From NCBI GenBank assembly GCA_025451535.1, contig JANWKE010000009.1, forward strand, positions 11,917-75,916: a stretch of 64,000 nucleotides of DNA, in the 5' to 3' direction. The DNA comes from Verrucomicrobiia bacterium (GTDB lineage: Bacteria > Verrucomicrobiota > Verrucomicrobiia > Limisphaerales > UBA11358). This document shows positions 48,567 through 56,989 of this stretch, one piece after another (the stretch's first letter is position 1; every line of letters starts with the position of its first letter). A program made the translations under genes and the position numbers. The notes beneath the pieces were generated by a model. That model did no database searches, was not told the origin of the DNA, and saw nothing but the letters and a program-made list of their open reading frames with translations.

Positions 48567-48648
48567 CGGTTAAATCGGTGACTGGTTAAATAAGTGATTG
48601 CCGACCCACCTTCACCGATTTAACCATTTAACGAATCACTCATTTAAC
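48567..48648. repeat. heptad palindrome (GGTTAAAT units) in the eda / VOC divergent intergenic region
   Basis: cggttaaatcggtgactggttaaataagtgattg ... caccgatttaaccatttaacgaatcactcatttaac. gttaaat..gtga...gttaaat blocks pair with the opposite arm. Confidence 0.6.
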
Positions 48649-48654
48649 ATTCAA

Positions 48655-49056
48655 ATGAACATTGCCTTCGAACATATCGCCATCCCTTCTCCGAACCCGG
48701 TCGCATTGAAAAACTGGTATGAAAGCGTTTTGGGAGCGCGCGAAATTTTCAACAGCGGCCGGAATCCACCCACCTGTCTGATGGCGCTGCCCGGCGGCGG
48801 GTGGTTTGAAATTTACGCCGCCGAAGGCGCGCCGGAAAACCGCGGCAACAACAAACTCGCCGGCTTTCGCCACGTCGCCTTGCGGGTGGATTCGATTGAG
48901 ACAGCCAAAGCTGAACTGGAAGAACGCGGGGTGACGTTTAGCGAAGAAATCCGGCCGGCCGCCGGCGGTGGACGGGTATTGTTCTTTGAAGACCTCGAAG
49001 GCAATTTGCTGCATCTGGTCGAGCGACCGGCGGATGCGCCACCCGGGAAAGGCTGA
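48655..49056 (+). CDS. VOC (glyoxalase/bleomycin-resistance) family protein
   Basis: 133 aa. FEHIAIPSPNP and GFRHVALRVDS...LEGNLLHL are paired beta-alpha-beta-beta-beta motifs. Confidence 0.8.
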   Translation: MNIAFEHIAIPSPNPVALKNWYESVLGAREIFNSGRNPPTCLMALPGGGWFEIYAAEGAPENRGNNKLAGFRHVALRVDSIETAKAELEERGVTFSEEIRPAAGGGRVLFFEDLEGNLLHLVERPADAPPGKG

Positions 49057-49061
49057 GCCGA

Positions 49062-49490
49062 TTATTTCTTCCGCACCCGCACCACGAGAATGGGAATTGA
49101 AGTTTTATGGCGGACTTCGGTAATCGTGCTGCCGTGTAAAAGGTCGCCAAACAGGCGGTGGCCATGGCTGGTCATGGCAATCAAATCGCAATGTTCGCCT
49201 TCGGCCACTTTGAGGATTTCCTGCGGCGGATCGCCCAACGCCAACATGGTTTGAACCGAAAACCCGTTGCCGCGAAGTTTAACGGCGACTTTTTCCAGAT
49301 ATTCACGGTCGTTTTTCATTTCCTCGGATTCAGCCAGCTTGAGCTGGTTGAAATTCCTCGCCACCCAGCCGTCGGCAACGTGCAACAACAGCAATTTCGC
49401 CCCGGTCAACCGGACCAGCGGTGTGATGTGGTCCAGAATGACGTGGTCGGCCGCGCTGTTTTCCAGCGGAATAAGAATGTGTTGATACAT
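49062..49490 (-). CDS. universal stress protein (UspA family)
   Basis: MYQHILIPLENS...LLLLHV...DLIAMTSHGH...GSTITEVRHKTSIPILVV. Confidence 0.85.
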   Translation of the reverse strand: MYQHILIPLENSAADHVILDHITPLVRLTGAKLLLLHVADGWVARNFNQLKLAESEEMKNDREYLEKVAVKLRGNGFSVQTMLALGDPPQEILKVAEGEHCDLIAMTSHGHRLFGDLLHGSTITEVRHKTSIPILVVRVRKK

Positions 49491-49495
49491 GTTCG

Positions 49496-50905
49496 TTATT
49501 GCGGAACGGGCAGGCCGAGATGCCCGTACAACGCCTTCAGGACGGCAGCCGGCATGAAGGTGTCAAAAAGCAGTTTCATGTTCAGGATGATGATGAGGGC
49601 GGTCGTCGTCCAGCCGAGAATTTTAAGCCAGGTTCGGTTTGCAAATTCACCCATCTTGTTCTTTTCGCCGGTAAAACGCATCAACGGCCAGACCGCGAAC
49701 CCCAATTGCATGCTCAAGACAACCTGGCTGGCGATGAGCAGTTCCGTCGTTTTGTTCTCGCCGAAAAATCCGATAACACAAACGGCGGGAACAATGGCAA
49801 TGAGCCGGGTCATCAGCCGGCGCAGCCAGGGACGCAGCCGGACGTTCACGAAACCTTCCATGACGACCTGCCCCGCCAGCGTGCCGGTCAACGTCGAATT
49901 CTGTCCCGAAGCCAGCAGCGCCACGGCGAATAAAATGCTGGCCCCGCCCACGCCGAGCAATGGACTCAATAATTTGTAGGCGTCCTGGATTTCCGCCACG
50001 TTTTGATGGCCGGACCAATGAAACGCCGCGGCCGCGAGGGCCAGGATGGCACCGTTGACCAGCAGCGCGAACATGAGCGCCACCGTCGAGTCGATGGTCG
50101 CAAACTTGATGGCTTCACGCCGGCCGGTGGCGTCCTGCTCGAATTTGCGCGTCTGGACGATGGAGGAATGCAGATACAGATTGTGCGGCATGACGGTCGC
50201 GCCAATGATGCCGATGGCAACATACAGCATATTTTGATTCTTCAAAATATCCGGGCTGGGGATGAAGCCAAACAGCATCGGCACCACCTGGGGTTTGGAA
50301 AAAAATAATTCCGCCGCAAAACAACCGGCAATGGTAGCAATGAGCGTGATGACGAGCGCCTCAATATAGCGAAAACCTTTGGTTTGCAAAAACAGCACGG
50401 CGATCACGTCCAGCGCCGTAATGACACAACCCCAAACCAGCGGGATGCCGAAAAGGAGTTGCAGGGCGATGGCTGAACCGACGACTTCCGCCAAATCACA
50501 GGCGGCAATGGCGATTTCACAAAGGATCCAGAGGAACCAGAGCGTCGGCGTCGAGTAATGGTCGCGGCAGGCCTGCGCCAGGTCGCGTCCCGTGGCAACG
50601 CCGAGTTTGATGGCCAGGTGCTGGAGCAGAATCGCCATGAGATTGGAAACCATGACAATGGAGAGCAACGTGTAGCCGAACTGCGCGCCACCGGACAGGT
50701 CCGTCGCCCAGTTGCCAGGGTCCATGTAGCCCACGGCGATAAGAAAGCCAGGGCCGGAAAAGGCCAGCAGCTTCCTCCAAAATGGAGCGGTGGTCGGGAC
50801 CACAATGCTGCGGTGGACTTCCGGCAGGGAAACCCGTCCCGCGGGCTTGCGCCATCCCGGTTTGGCAGCGATCCCGTTGGTTGATTTGGAATTCGTGGTT
50901 TTCAC
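49496..50905 (-). CDS. mntH: NRAMP-family divalent metal (Mn2+/Fe2+) transporter
   Basis: GPGFLIAVGYMDPGNWATDL and VMPHNLYLHS signatures, 11-12 TM helices. GTG start. Confidence 0.93.
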   Translation of the reverse strand: MKTTNSKSTNGIAAKPGWRKPAGRVSLPEVHRSIVVPTTAPFWRKLLAFSGPGFLIAVGYMDPGNWATDLSGGAQFGYTLLSIVMVSNLMAILLQHLAIKLGVATGRDLAQACRDHYSTPTLWFLWILCEIAIAACDLAEVVGSAIALQLLFGIPLVWGCVITALDVIAVLFLQTKGFRYIEALVITLIATIAGCFAAELFFSKPQVVPMLFGFIPSPDILKNQNMLYVAIGIIGATVMPHNLYLHSSIVQTRKFEQDATGRREAIKFATIDSTVALMFALLVNGAILALAAAAFHWSGHQNVAEIQDAYKLLSPLLGVGGASILFAVALLASGQNSTLTGTLAGQVVMEGFVNVRLRPWLRRLMTRLIAIVPAVCVIGFFGENKTTELLIASQVVLSMQLGFAVWPLMRFTGEKNKMGEFANRTWLKILGWTTTALIIILNMKLLFDTFMPAAVLKALYGHLGLPVPQ

Positions 50906-50919
50906 ACCCAGCCATCATG

Positions 50920-50989
50920 AGCAAAACATGTAGCATAAGATACAAACAGTGTTCCCGTTGTCAAAGCAAAATGTAGCACAAGATACAAA
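50920..50989. promoter_or_regulatory. two direct copies of a ~25-nt box in the mntH/mntR divergent region (candidate MntR operators)
   Basis: agcaaaaCAtgtagcaTaagatacaaa (50920-50946) and agcaaaatgtagcaCaagatacaaa (50965-50989) are identical except for a 2-nt indel and one substitution. Confidence 0.5.
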
Positions 50990-51035
50990 ATAAAACCTAG
51001 ACTCCCAAGCCGGGTTGGGCTTCACTTTTCGAACC

Positions 51036-51497
51036 ATGCCCCATTCCAACCGGATAAGGATCGCCGCCACGCATGCCTCCCAGCTGCGTTTGCCGGCACA
51101 GCAGGCCGAAGGCTTTCGCCGCTCGCGCCGCGACCGGGCCATGGAAGTCGTGCAGGATTATGTCGAGGCCATTGCTGATTTGTCGGCGGCTCTGGGGGAA
51201 GCACGCGTGGTGGATCTGGCGCGCCGGCTCGGTGTCACGCATGTGACCGTCAATCGAACCCTCTCGCGCCTGCGACAGGCCGGTTACGTAAACACCAAGC
51301 CTTACCGATCCATTTTTCTGACCGAAGCCGGGCACCGGCTGGCTGCGGAATGCAAGCAGCGGCATGAAACGGTGGTGGCTTTTTTGCGTTCGTTGGGTAT
51401 TTCGGAAAAAACCTCCGAGCTGGACGCCGAGGGGATTGAGCATCACGTCAGCCCCGAAACACTGGCCGCGTTTGAACGGCGTTTGAAAAGGCGCTGA
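51036..51497 (+). CDS. mntR: DtxR/MntR-family metal-dependent transcriptional regulator
   Basis: EDYVEAIADL-like VQDYVEAIADL, wHTH ...LARRLGVTHVTVNRTLSRLRQAGYV, C-terminal dimerisation/metal-site region. Divergent from mntH. Confidence 0.85.
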   Translation: MPHSNRIRIAATHASQLRLPAQQAEGFRRSRRDRAMEVVQDYVEAIADLSAALGEARVVDLARRLGVTHVTVNRTLSRLRQAGYVNTKPYRSIFLTEAGHRLAAECKQRHETVVAFLRSLGISEKTSELDAEGIEHHVSPETLAAFERRLKRR

Positions 51498-51808
51498 TGC
51501 AACCCCGGGATATTCAGCAAATCGGCAATGAGCTGGCCATCAAATGGGACGACGGCAGCGAAAGTTACATTCCCCTGAGGGTATTGCGGCGATGTTGTCC
51601 CTGCGCTCACTGCAAGGGCGAAGGGGACATTTTGGGGAACATCCACAAAAATCCCGGCGGGCCATTGACGCCAATGGCTTTTCAGCTCGTCCGGTTTGAC
51701 CGGGTGGGCGGCTATGCCATTCAGCCGGTTTGGGCGGATGGACACGCAACCGGGATATATTCATTTGATTATTTGAAAAGGACCGCCGCCGCAAACCCGA
51801 CTGATTAA
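51497..51808 (+). CDS. DUF971-family protein (gamma-butyrobetaine-hydroxylase-like N-terminal domain)
   Basis: LAIKWDDGSESYIPLRVLRRCCPCAHCKGE...IQPVWADGHATGIYSFDYL. The start overlaps the mntR stop by 1 nt (TGATG). Confidence 0.8.
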   Translation: MQPRDIQQIGNELAIKWDDGSESYIPLRVLRRCCPCAHCKGEGDILGNIHKNPGGPLTPMAFQLVRFDRVGGYAIQPVWADGHATGIYSFDYLKRTAAANPTD

Positions 51809-51814
51809 AAAAAT

Positions 51815-51842
51815 AACGGCGCGCCCGGAAGAGCGCGCCGTT
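51815..51842 (-). terminator. rho-independent terminator of pilQ
   Basis: Perfect 10-bp GC-rich stem aacggcgcgc / gcgcgccgtt with an 8-nt loop. On the minus strand it is followed by ATTTTTTT. Confidence 0.7.
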
Positions 51843-51858
51843 AAGAACCAGTTTCCTT

Positions 51859-53703
51859 TTATGGGTTAAGATTAACCGTTGAATTCGACGCGGTTGAAGC
51901 ATCGGCCGCCTTGTTGGGCGTTTGCCAGTCAGTCGCAGATTGATTGGCTACATCGTAATAGGGGTCCGTGTTTTTTGGGTGGCTCCAGTCATACGGCTTG
52001 GCGCTATTCCACGGAGTTTTAGGATTCATGGGGGGTTTTGGCCCCAAGGGACTGGACTGCAGGAATGCAGTTGAGGTCGGCTGGTAGTCCGTGTCTCTGA
52101 CGATGGTCGGGGTGATGAAAATCAGCAGATTGTCCTTATCAAGACCCTTATTTTCAGACCGAAACGCATATCCCAGGACCGGAATGTCACCCAGGATGGG
52201 CACCTTGGTGTAAATATTTTTGGTGTTGTCCTTGATAAAGCCACCCATGACCAGCGTGTTCGCGTTAGGGATTAGAACCTGGGTGGTAACCTTGCGGACA
52301 TCATATTCGTCCGCCTGGTTCTCCACACCGGCAACAATCTTTGTGACCGTGTCGAACACACTGGAAACCTCCGGTTCAACCGTGAGCCAGATGTAATCGT
52401 TGGCGGAAATGCGCGGGGTAACGTCCAGGATCGTTCCCAGGTTGGTGTAGGCCACCTGCGAACCACCGGGCGAACCCTGAGTACCGGCAGTGGTGGCGAA
52501 GATGGGAACGGCCCGCGTCACCTCGATATGAGCTTTCTCATTGTCCAGCGTCACCACACGAGGGGTAGCGATGGTTTGGGCGTCAGAGTCATTGTTCAAG
52601 AAAGAAAGCACGGCTTTTACTCCATCGGCGTCAAGAAAGGCGGTTGATGGGTTGAACCCCTTCATCGTATCAACCAATACATTTGGATTTTGGACAAGGT
52701 TGTTCTGACCAAAGGTGATTAGTTCATCCCAACCACCAGTAATTGGGTTGGTAATAAACGAAGGCGTTTGTCCGTAACGCATTGCTTGTCCGCCAATGAC
52801 ATTGTTTCCGAACGAAACATTTTGTGCGCTCAGAGTACCCGACCAATCAATGCCCTTGGTGGTGGTGGGCGAACTGGAAACCTCCATCAGCCGGGTTTCG
52901 ATCAAGACCTGGCGGGTAGGTTTGTCAAGCTGGTCGACCAGCGTGTCCACCGCGTCTTGTTCGTTTTCGGTGGCGACCACAACCAATTGGCTGGTACGTG
53001 TATCACCCACCACCCTGCTCCGTTTGTCGGTCAGAGTGCTATCCACCGCGGCTAACATGTTCGAAACGCTCGCATATTTGAGTTGGATGACCCGGGTAAT
53101 CAGCGGCGGCGCCGCATTGGGGTTTCTTACGCTAATGCGGCCGATTTTGGTTTTCGGATCTTCGACGAGTTGAAGGTTATAATTATCCAACACCGCCAGC
53201 AGCGCCTGACGGGCGGAGACATTTTCCCAGCGGACGGAAATCGTCGGTTCGGGCTTGACCTGCCCGTTTTGATCGGGCTGGCCGTAACCGATCTTCGGGT
53301 CGAGCAGATAATTGATTCCTGCCAGACGGGCCAAATTTTCGATGGCGGTAGTAATCGGAACGTCCTGGAATTGTATGGGCAACACGACCGGCGCGTTGGA
53401 GGTGGTGCCGGCAGTTTCATTCGTGCTCTCCACTCCTGACGGTCCCGCGTTCGTCGTCATGGCCGGTGTGCTGCTGGCAGTAACACTGGCGGTATCGTTG
53501 CTGGCAGCCGGCATGGCTGCCGCATTGGCGGCAACGGGAGCCGTGGTTTCGGTAGTGGTGGCGGTGGCGGGCTGAGCCGCCGGGGCCGACTCACTCATCG
53601 CGGGTTGGTTTGTCGCGACACTGTTGGTATCAGTTTGAGACATAGCCCACCATTGCGAGACAAGTCCCACACACAGCGTGGCAATTAGCAGTTTCGATTT
53701 CAT
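51859..53703 (-). CDS. pilQ: type IV pilus secretin
   Basis: Signal peptide, T/A-rich linker, STN-like VPITTAIENLARLAGINYLLD, and the secretin C-domain VPILGDIPVLGYAFRSE...LLIFITPTIV. Confidence 0.9.
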   Translation of the reverse strand: MKSKLLIATLCVGLVSQWWAMSQTDTNSVATNQPAMSESAPAAQPATATTTETTAPVAANAAAMPAASNDTASVTASSTPAMTTNAGPSGVESTNETAGTTSNAPVVLPIQFQDVPITTAIENLARLAGINYLLDPKIGYGQPDQNGQVKPEPTISVRWENVSARQALLAVLDNYNLQLVEDPKTKIGRISVRNPNAAPPLITRVIQLKYASVSNMLAAVDSTLTDKRSRVVGDTRTSQLVVVATENEQDAVDTLVDQLDKPTRQVLIETRLMEVSSSPTTTKGIDWSGTLSAQNVSFGNNVIGGQAMRYGQTPSFITNPITGGWDELITFGQNNLVQNPNVLVDTMKGFNPSTAFLDADGVKAVLSFLNNDSDAQTIATPRVVTLDNEKAHIEVTRAVPIFATTAGTQGSPGGSQVAYTNLGTILDVTPRISANDYIWLTVEPEVSSVFDTVTKIVAGVENQADEYDVRKVTTQVLIPNANTLVMGGFIKDNTKNIYTKVPILGDIPVLGYAFRSENKGLDKDNLLIFITPTIVRDTDYQPTSTAFLQSSPLGPKPPMNPKTPWNSAKPYDWSHPKNTDPYYDVANQSATDWQTPNKAADASTASNSTVNLNP

Positions 53704-53937
53704 ATTTTTTTGTTTTTATTGGTTTTTTAATCCAATGGTGGAAGACTTAGCAGATACCGAGCCAACCCCGAAGACGCCCAGGACTTTTAATTTTTCCAGG
53801 AAGCGTCAATGTCAGGCCACAACCTGAAAAATGAGGTTTCGCTCAACCAGGCTCAAAGCAAAAAAAAACACCTCCCCGAATAAATCAATTCGGAATGAAC
53901 GCTCGATTAAATTTTAAGGTTCTGACGGTTTTCGACC

Positions 53938-54369
53938 TTAAGGTTTGTCGAAATAAAACACTTCGTGGCGTTGACCGCCAACTTCAATCACAACCGAATT
54001 GGTTTTGATTTCAATACAGCTTAGATGGATGCGGCCGGCAGGAGTAATAACGTCGCCTTCGTCGCCGGCGGCAAAAGTGTGATTATTGATAATGACCAAT
54101 CGGCGATCCATCGATCCGGAAAATCCTTTCACCACCAGCGATGTCACATCAGCCGCTCGAGGATTGGCGGCAGCGGCAAGTTTATAAGGCCGGGTGGAGT
54201 CGGGGAAAAATGGGTCGCGGCCTTCCCAGGGATCTGAGGGAAGGATAAATATTGAACGGATCGCATTGGTCATGGTGGATTGAGGTGCCGGCGCGGCGCC
54301 AGCCGCAAGGACCATCGCGTACCCGAACGCAAACGAAACCGTCATTATTTTTATGCTGAAATTCTTCAT
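53938..54369 (-). CDS. PilP-position pilus assembly protein, hypothetical
   Basis: 143 aa from MKNFSIKIM, signal peptide then a beta-rich domain. It occupies the pilP slot between pilO and pilQ. The rest of ORF 53938-54723 overlaps pilO out of frame. Confidence 0.5.
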   Translation of the reverse strand: MKNFSIKIMTVSFAFGYAMVLAAGAAPAPQSTMTNAIRSIFILPSDPWEGRDPFFPDSTRPYKLAAAANPRAADVTSLVVKGFSGSMDRRLVIINNHTFAAGDEGDVITPAGRIHLSCIEIKTNSVVIEVGGQRHEVFYFDKP

Positions 54370-54394
54370 GGCCGCTTCCTGGGAGTTCGTTTGG

Positions 54395-54961
54395 TTAAGA
54401 GGTGGATTTTGCCAGAGCGATAATTTCCATCCGGAAGGAAAGTTTTTCGGGGCCATCCGCGGCGTCAGCCGGCTGGATTTGCAGATTGACCACCCGGATA
54501 TGCGGATACGTATTTTCAAAATCGGCAATGAATTTGCCCAGGTCATGATAATAGGCCGTCCCGGTAACGGTGAATCTAACCTGCTGGAAAGGAAAAGACG
54601 AAAACAAGTCCACCGTACCGACATCCGGGTGGCCGATTTCAGGAATGTCCACCTGATACTGGGCTTTAAAAAGCCGGAGGGTGTTGTAGCTCCAGGAGTA
54701 AAGGTCTCCCGAGGCCATGTCACTCTCGGCGTCTGAAAGAGTCTGCGTCACATTGGTCAATTCGGCGGCGGTGGTGCCGGCGTGCTTTATGGCAGTTTGA
54801 ATGCCGTCGAGTTTTTTTTGGGCAGCGCCTTGACTCGCGACCGCCCGCGCCAGCGCCGCGTACCGGGGCTGAATTAACTCAAACCACATCAAGGCGATTA
54901 CCACCAATGTGCCGACGAGCACAAGGGCGAGCTGATTACGTTTGTCTTTGGACAATTTCAT
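54395..54961 (-). CDS. pilO: type IV pilus assembly protein PilO
   Basis: Single TM helix, coiled coil, ferredoxin-like C-domain. ATGA overlap with the pilN stop. Confidence 0.75.
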   Translation of the reverse strand: MKLSKDKRNQLALVLVGTLVVIALMWFELIQPRYAALARAVASQGAAQKKLDGIQTAIKHAGTTAAELTNVTQTLSDAESDMASGDLYSWSYNTLRLFKAQYQVDIPEIGHPDVGTVDLFSSFPFQQVRFTVTGTAYYHDLGKFIADFENTYPHIRVVNLQIQPADAADGPEKLSFRMEIIALAKSTS

Positions 54962-55608
54962 CGGGTTCGATCGGGGTAAGTGCACTGCAAGGTAAATTGT
55001 ACCGACGGTCTGCCGCCCGGATCAACTTGCGGAGCAGACAGGTTGGTCAGACGGACAACATTCGTTCCACCCAGCTCGGCTTCAAAGTACGGCTCATGAC
55101 TGACGGCATCTTTAAATTTGTTTACTTGATCGCCGGGGTTGCCGCTGAAGTCTTCGGCGTCCAGTGACACCACAATTTTTTCGATAACACTGGCATTGGT
55201 CTTGGTCGTGGTCGTGGTTCCCTGACTGGCCAGATACGTTTGGTCCACCCGCAATCTGACCAGTTGTACGCCGGGCACCGTGGCATACTGCAGGCTGTTC
55301 ATCAGGTTGCCTTGCAGGAAACGGTTATTGGTCAATTTTTGCAGGGCTGCCAGATTTCCCTTTGCTTCGGCAATTTTTTTCTCACTGACCAATACCACCT
55401 GGTAGGCATTGGTGTGCGACTGGATCTGCGCTTCGATTTGGGACAGGTTTGCGTTGGCCACCATGACCCGGAGTTGGAGCCAACTCCACCATACAAATAT
55501 TAATGCCACCACCAGTACCCCCGCGAAGATCACGCGTTTGATCGGGTCCCGGCGCCGTAATTCTTCGGCGGCTTGGGCTTCGGCCAGCAGATTGAGGCGT
55601 ATGGGCAT
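54958..55608 (-). CDS. pilN: type IV pilus assembly protein PilN
   Basis: MPIRLNLLAE N-terminus (PilM-binding peptide) followed by a TM helix. Confidence 0.8.
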   Translation of the reverse strand: MPIRLNLLAEAQAAEELRRRDPIKRVIFAGVLVVALIFVWWSWLQLRVMVANANLSQIEAQIQSHTNAYQVVLVSEKKIAEAKGNLAALQKLTNNRFLQGNLMNSLQYATVPGVQLVRLRVDQTYLASQGTTTTTKTNASVIEKIVVSLDAEDFSGNPGDQVNKFKDAVSHEPYFEAELGGTNVVRLTNLSAPQVDPGGRPSVQFTLQCTYPDRTR

Positions 55609-55611
55609 AAC

Positions 55612-56691
55612 TCAGAAGGCGGCCACCGCAGCACCGATGGCCACAGTCAGTTGCGGCGCGACATGTTCAAGCTCGGCGGTCTGTTGTTCCGGCAATGCCA
55701 GTTGAAGAAAGGTCGTCGGATTCCAGGCCTTGCATTCCGCGATCAACTCGCTGTGCAGCATTTGCAGGATGAGTTCCGAACGGGCGGAGCCACCGCTGAC
55801 ATAAACGTGTGAGACCGGCCGGTCCTGTTGGTGTTCAAAAAAGTCAAGCGACGCCCGCAACTCACGGCCCAGCGGCAACACCTGTGCTTCCAGGGTGGAC
55901 TGAATTTCCGGGGCCATGCCTATTTTAATTCCCTCCGCCTCGGCGTAACTGATATTCATCGCTTCCGCCAAACCGGCTGTCAATTTGTCACCGCCGATGC
56001 CTACCACCCGGCTTAACACCAACTCACCCTGATGCAGAAGGCATATCGAGGAATTTTTGAATCCAATGTCCACCAGCGCAACGGAGTCATTTGCGAACGC
56101 CTCTGGCATTGCCATCTCAAAAGCATTCACCGGACCAATCAGACCGGGTACGATGTGGTCCGCTACCAGGCCTGCATCCCCGACCGCATTTTGAAAATCG
56201 CCAACCAGCTCTTTTCTGGCAGCCGCCACCAATACTTTCACTTTGGCGATGGCCGGGGTTTTGCCAGCGTCGGCGGGTTTGGGCAGCGACTTGATCGGAA
56301 TAATATGGCAGTCGAAAACGCGATTCGGCAAATCCTGTTGGAGATAACCGCGAGTGTTGTTTTTCAACACCAGGCGCATCTCGTCCACCGGTATCAGCGG
56401 CAACTCCACCGGTCGCACGATGGCGTCATTTACGCCAATTGACAGGGTTACAAACCTGCTTTTGGCTCCCAATGTTTCACAAACTGCTTTGAGATGTTCC
56501 GCCAGTAATTCCGGAGAAAGGGTCTTTTCGAAAATCGGCGCGTCCGCCAACACATAACGGGTCAGGGCGAAACCTTCTCCCCGCCGTTCCAAAAGCACGG
56601 CTTTGGTCGTGCGGCCCCCCAAATCAACCGATATCATTTGGTTCCGGGTTTTTCCCGCGACACCATTCAGAAATGGCAAGCCCATTTGCAT
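55612..56691 (-). CDS. pilM: type IV pilus assembly ATPase-fold protein PilM
   Basis: Actin-like fold, ISVDLGGRTTKAV and VALVDIGFKNSSI phosphate motifs, 359 aa. Confidence 0.9.
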   Translation of the reverse strand: MQMGLPFLNGVAGKTRNQMISVDLGGRTTKAVLLERRGEGFALTRYVLADAPIFEKTLSPELLAEHLKAVCETLGAKSRFVTLSIGVNDAIVRPVELPLIPVDEMRLVLKNNTRGYLQQDLPNRVFDCHIIPIKSLPKPADAGKTPAIAKVKVLVAAARKELVGDFQNAVGDAGLVADHIVPGLIGPVNAFEMAMPEAFANDSVALVDIGFKNSSICLLHQGELVLSRVVGIGGDKLTAGLAEAMNISYAEAEGIKIGMAPEIQSTLEAQVLPLGRELRASLDFFEHQQDRPVSHVYVSGGSARSELILQMLHSELIAECKAWNPTTFLQLALPEQQTAELEHVAPQLTVAIGAAVAAF

Positions 56692-56989
56692 TGTTTAATC
56701 GTCCAACTTTAATTACCTAATTACACGCAGCTTTCAAACAGATTCTGCGCAAGTTCAGCAATCGCCGCGCCAGATTCCAATGCGGGCAGAAATTACTTTA
56801 AATCGGCGTTAATTTGTCCTGACCCAAGGCGCGGTGTCTTGGAAATGGCCGTGCCGCGGCAGCCAATTCTTGCGCAAGCACGTGCATTGAAAACATTGCC
56901 GGGCTTCCAATATTCCGGCTTCCCGGAAGCTGAGCCGACCGCTGTCGCCCACCAAATAGAATGGGCGCGCAATTTCCTGGGCCATGCTA

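Noticed and set aside
49158-49979. 273-aa + ORF
   Set aside because: Antisense to the usp and mntH genes.
54370-54723. Upstream 118 aa of ORF 53938-54723
   Set aside because: It overlaps pilO in another frame. Only the part from MKNFSIK (signal peptide) is plausible.
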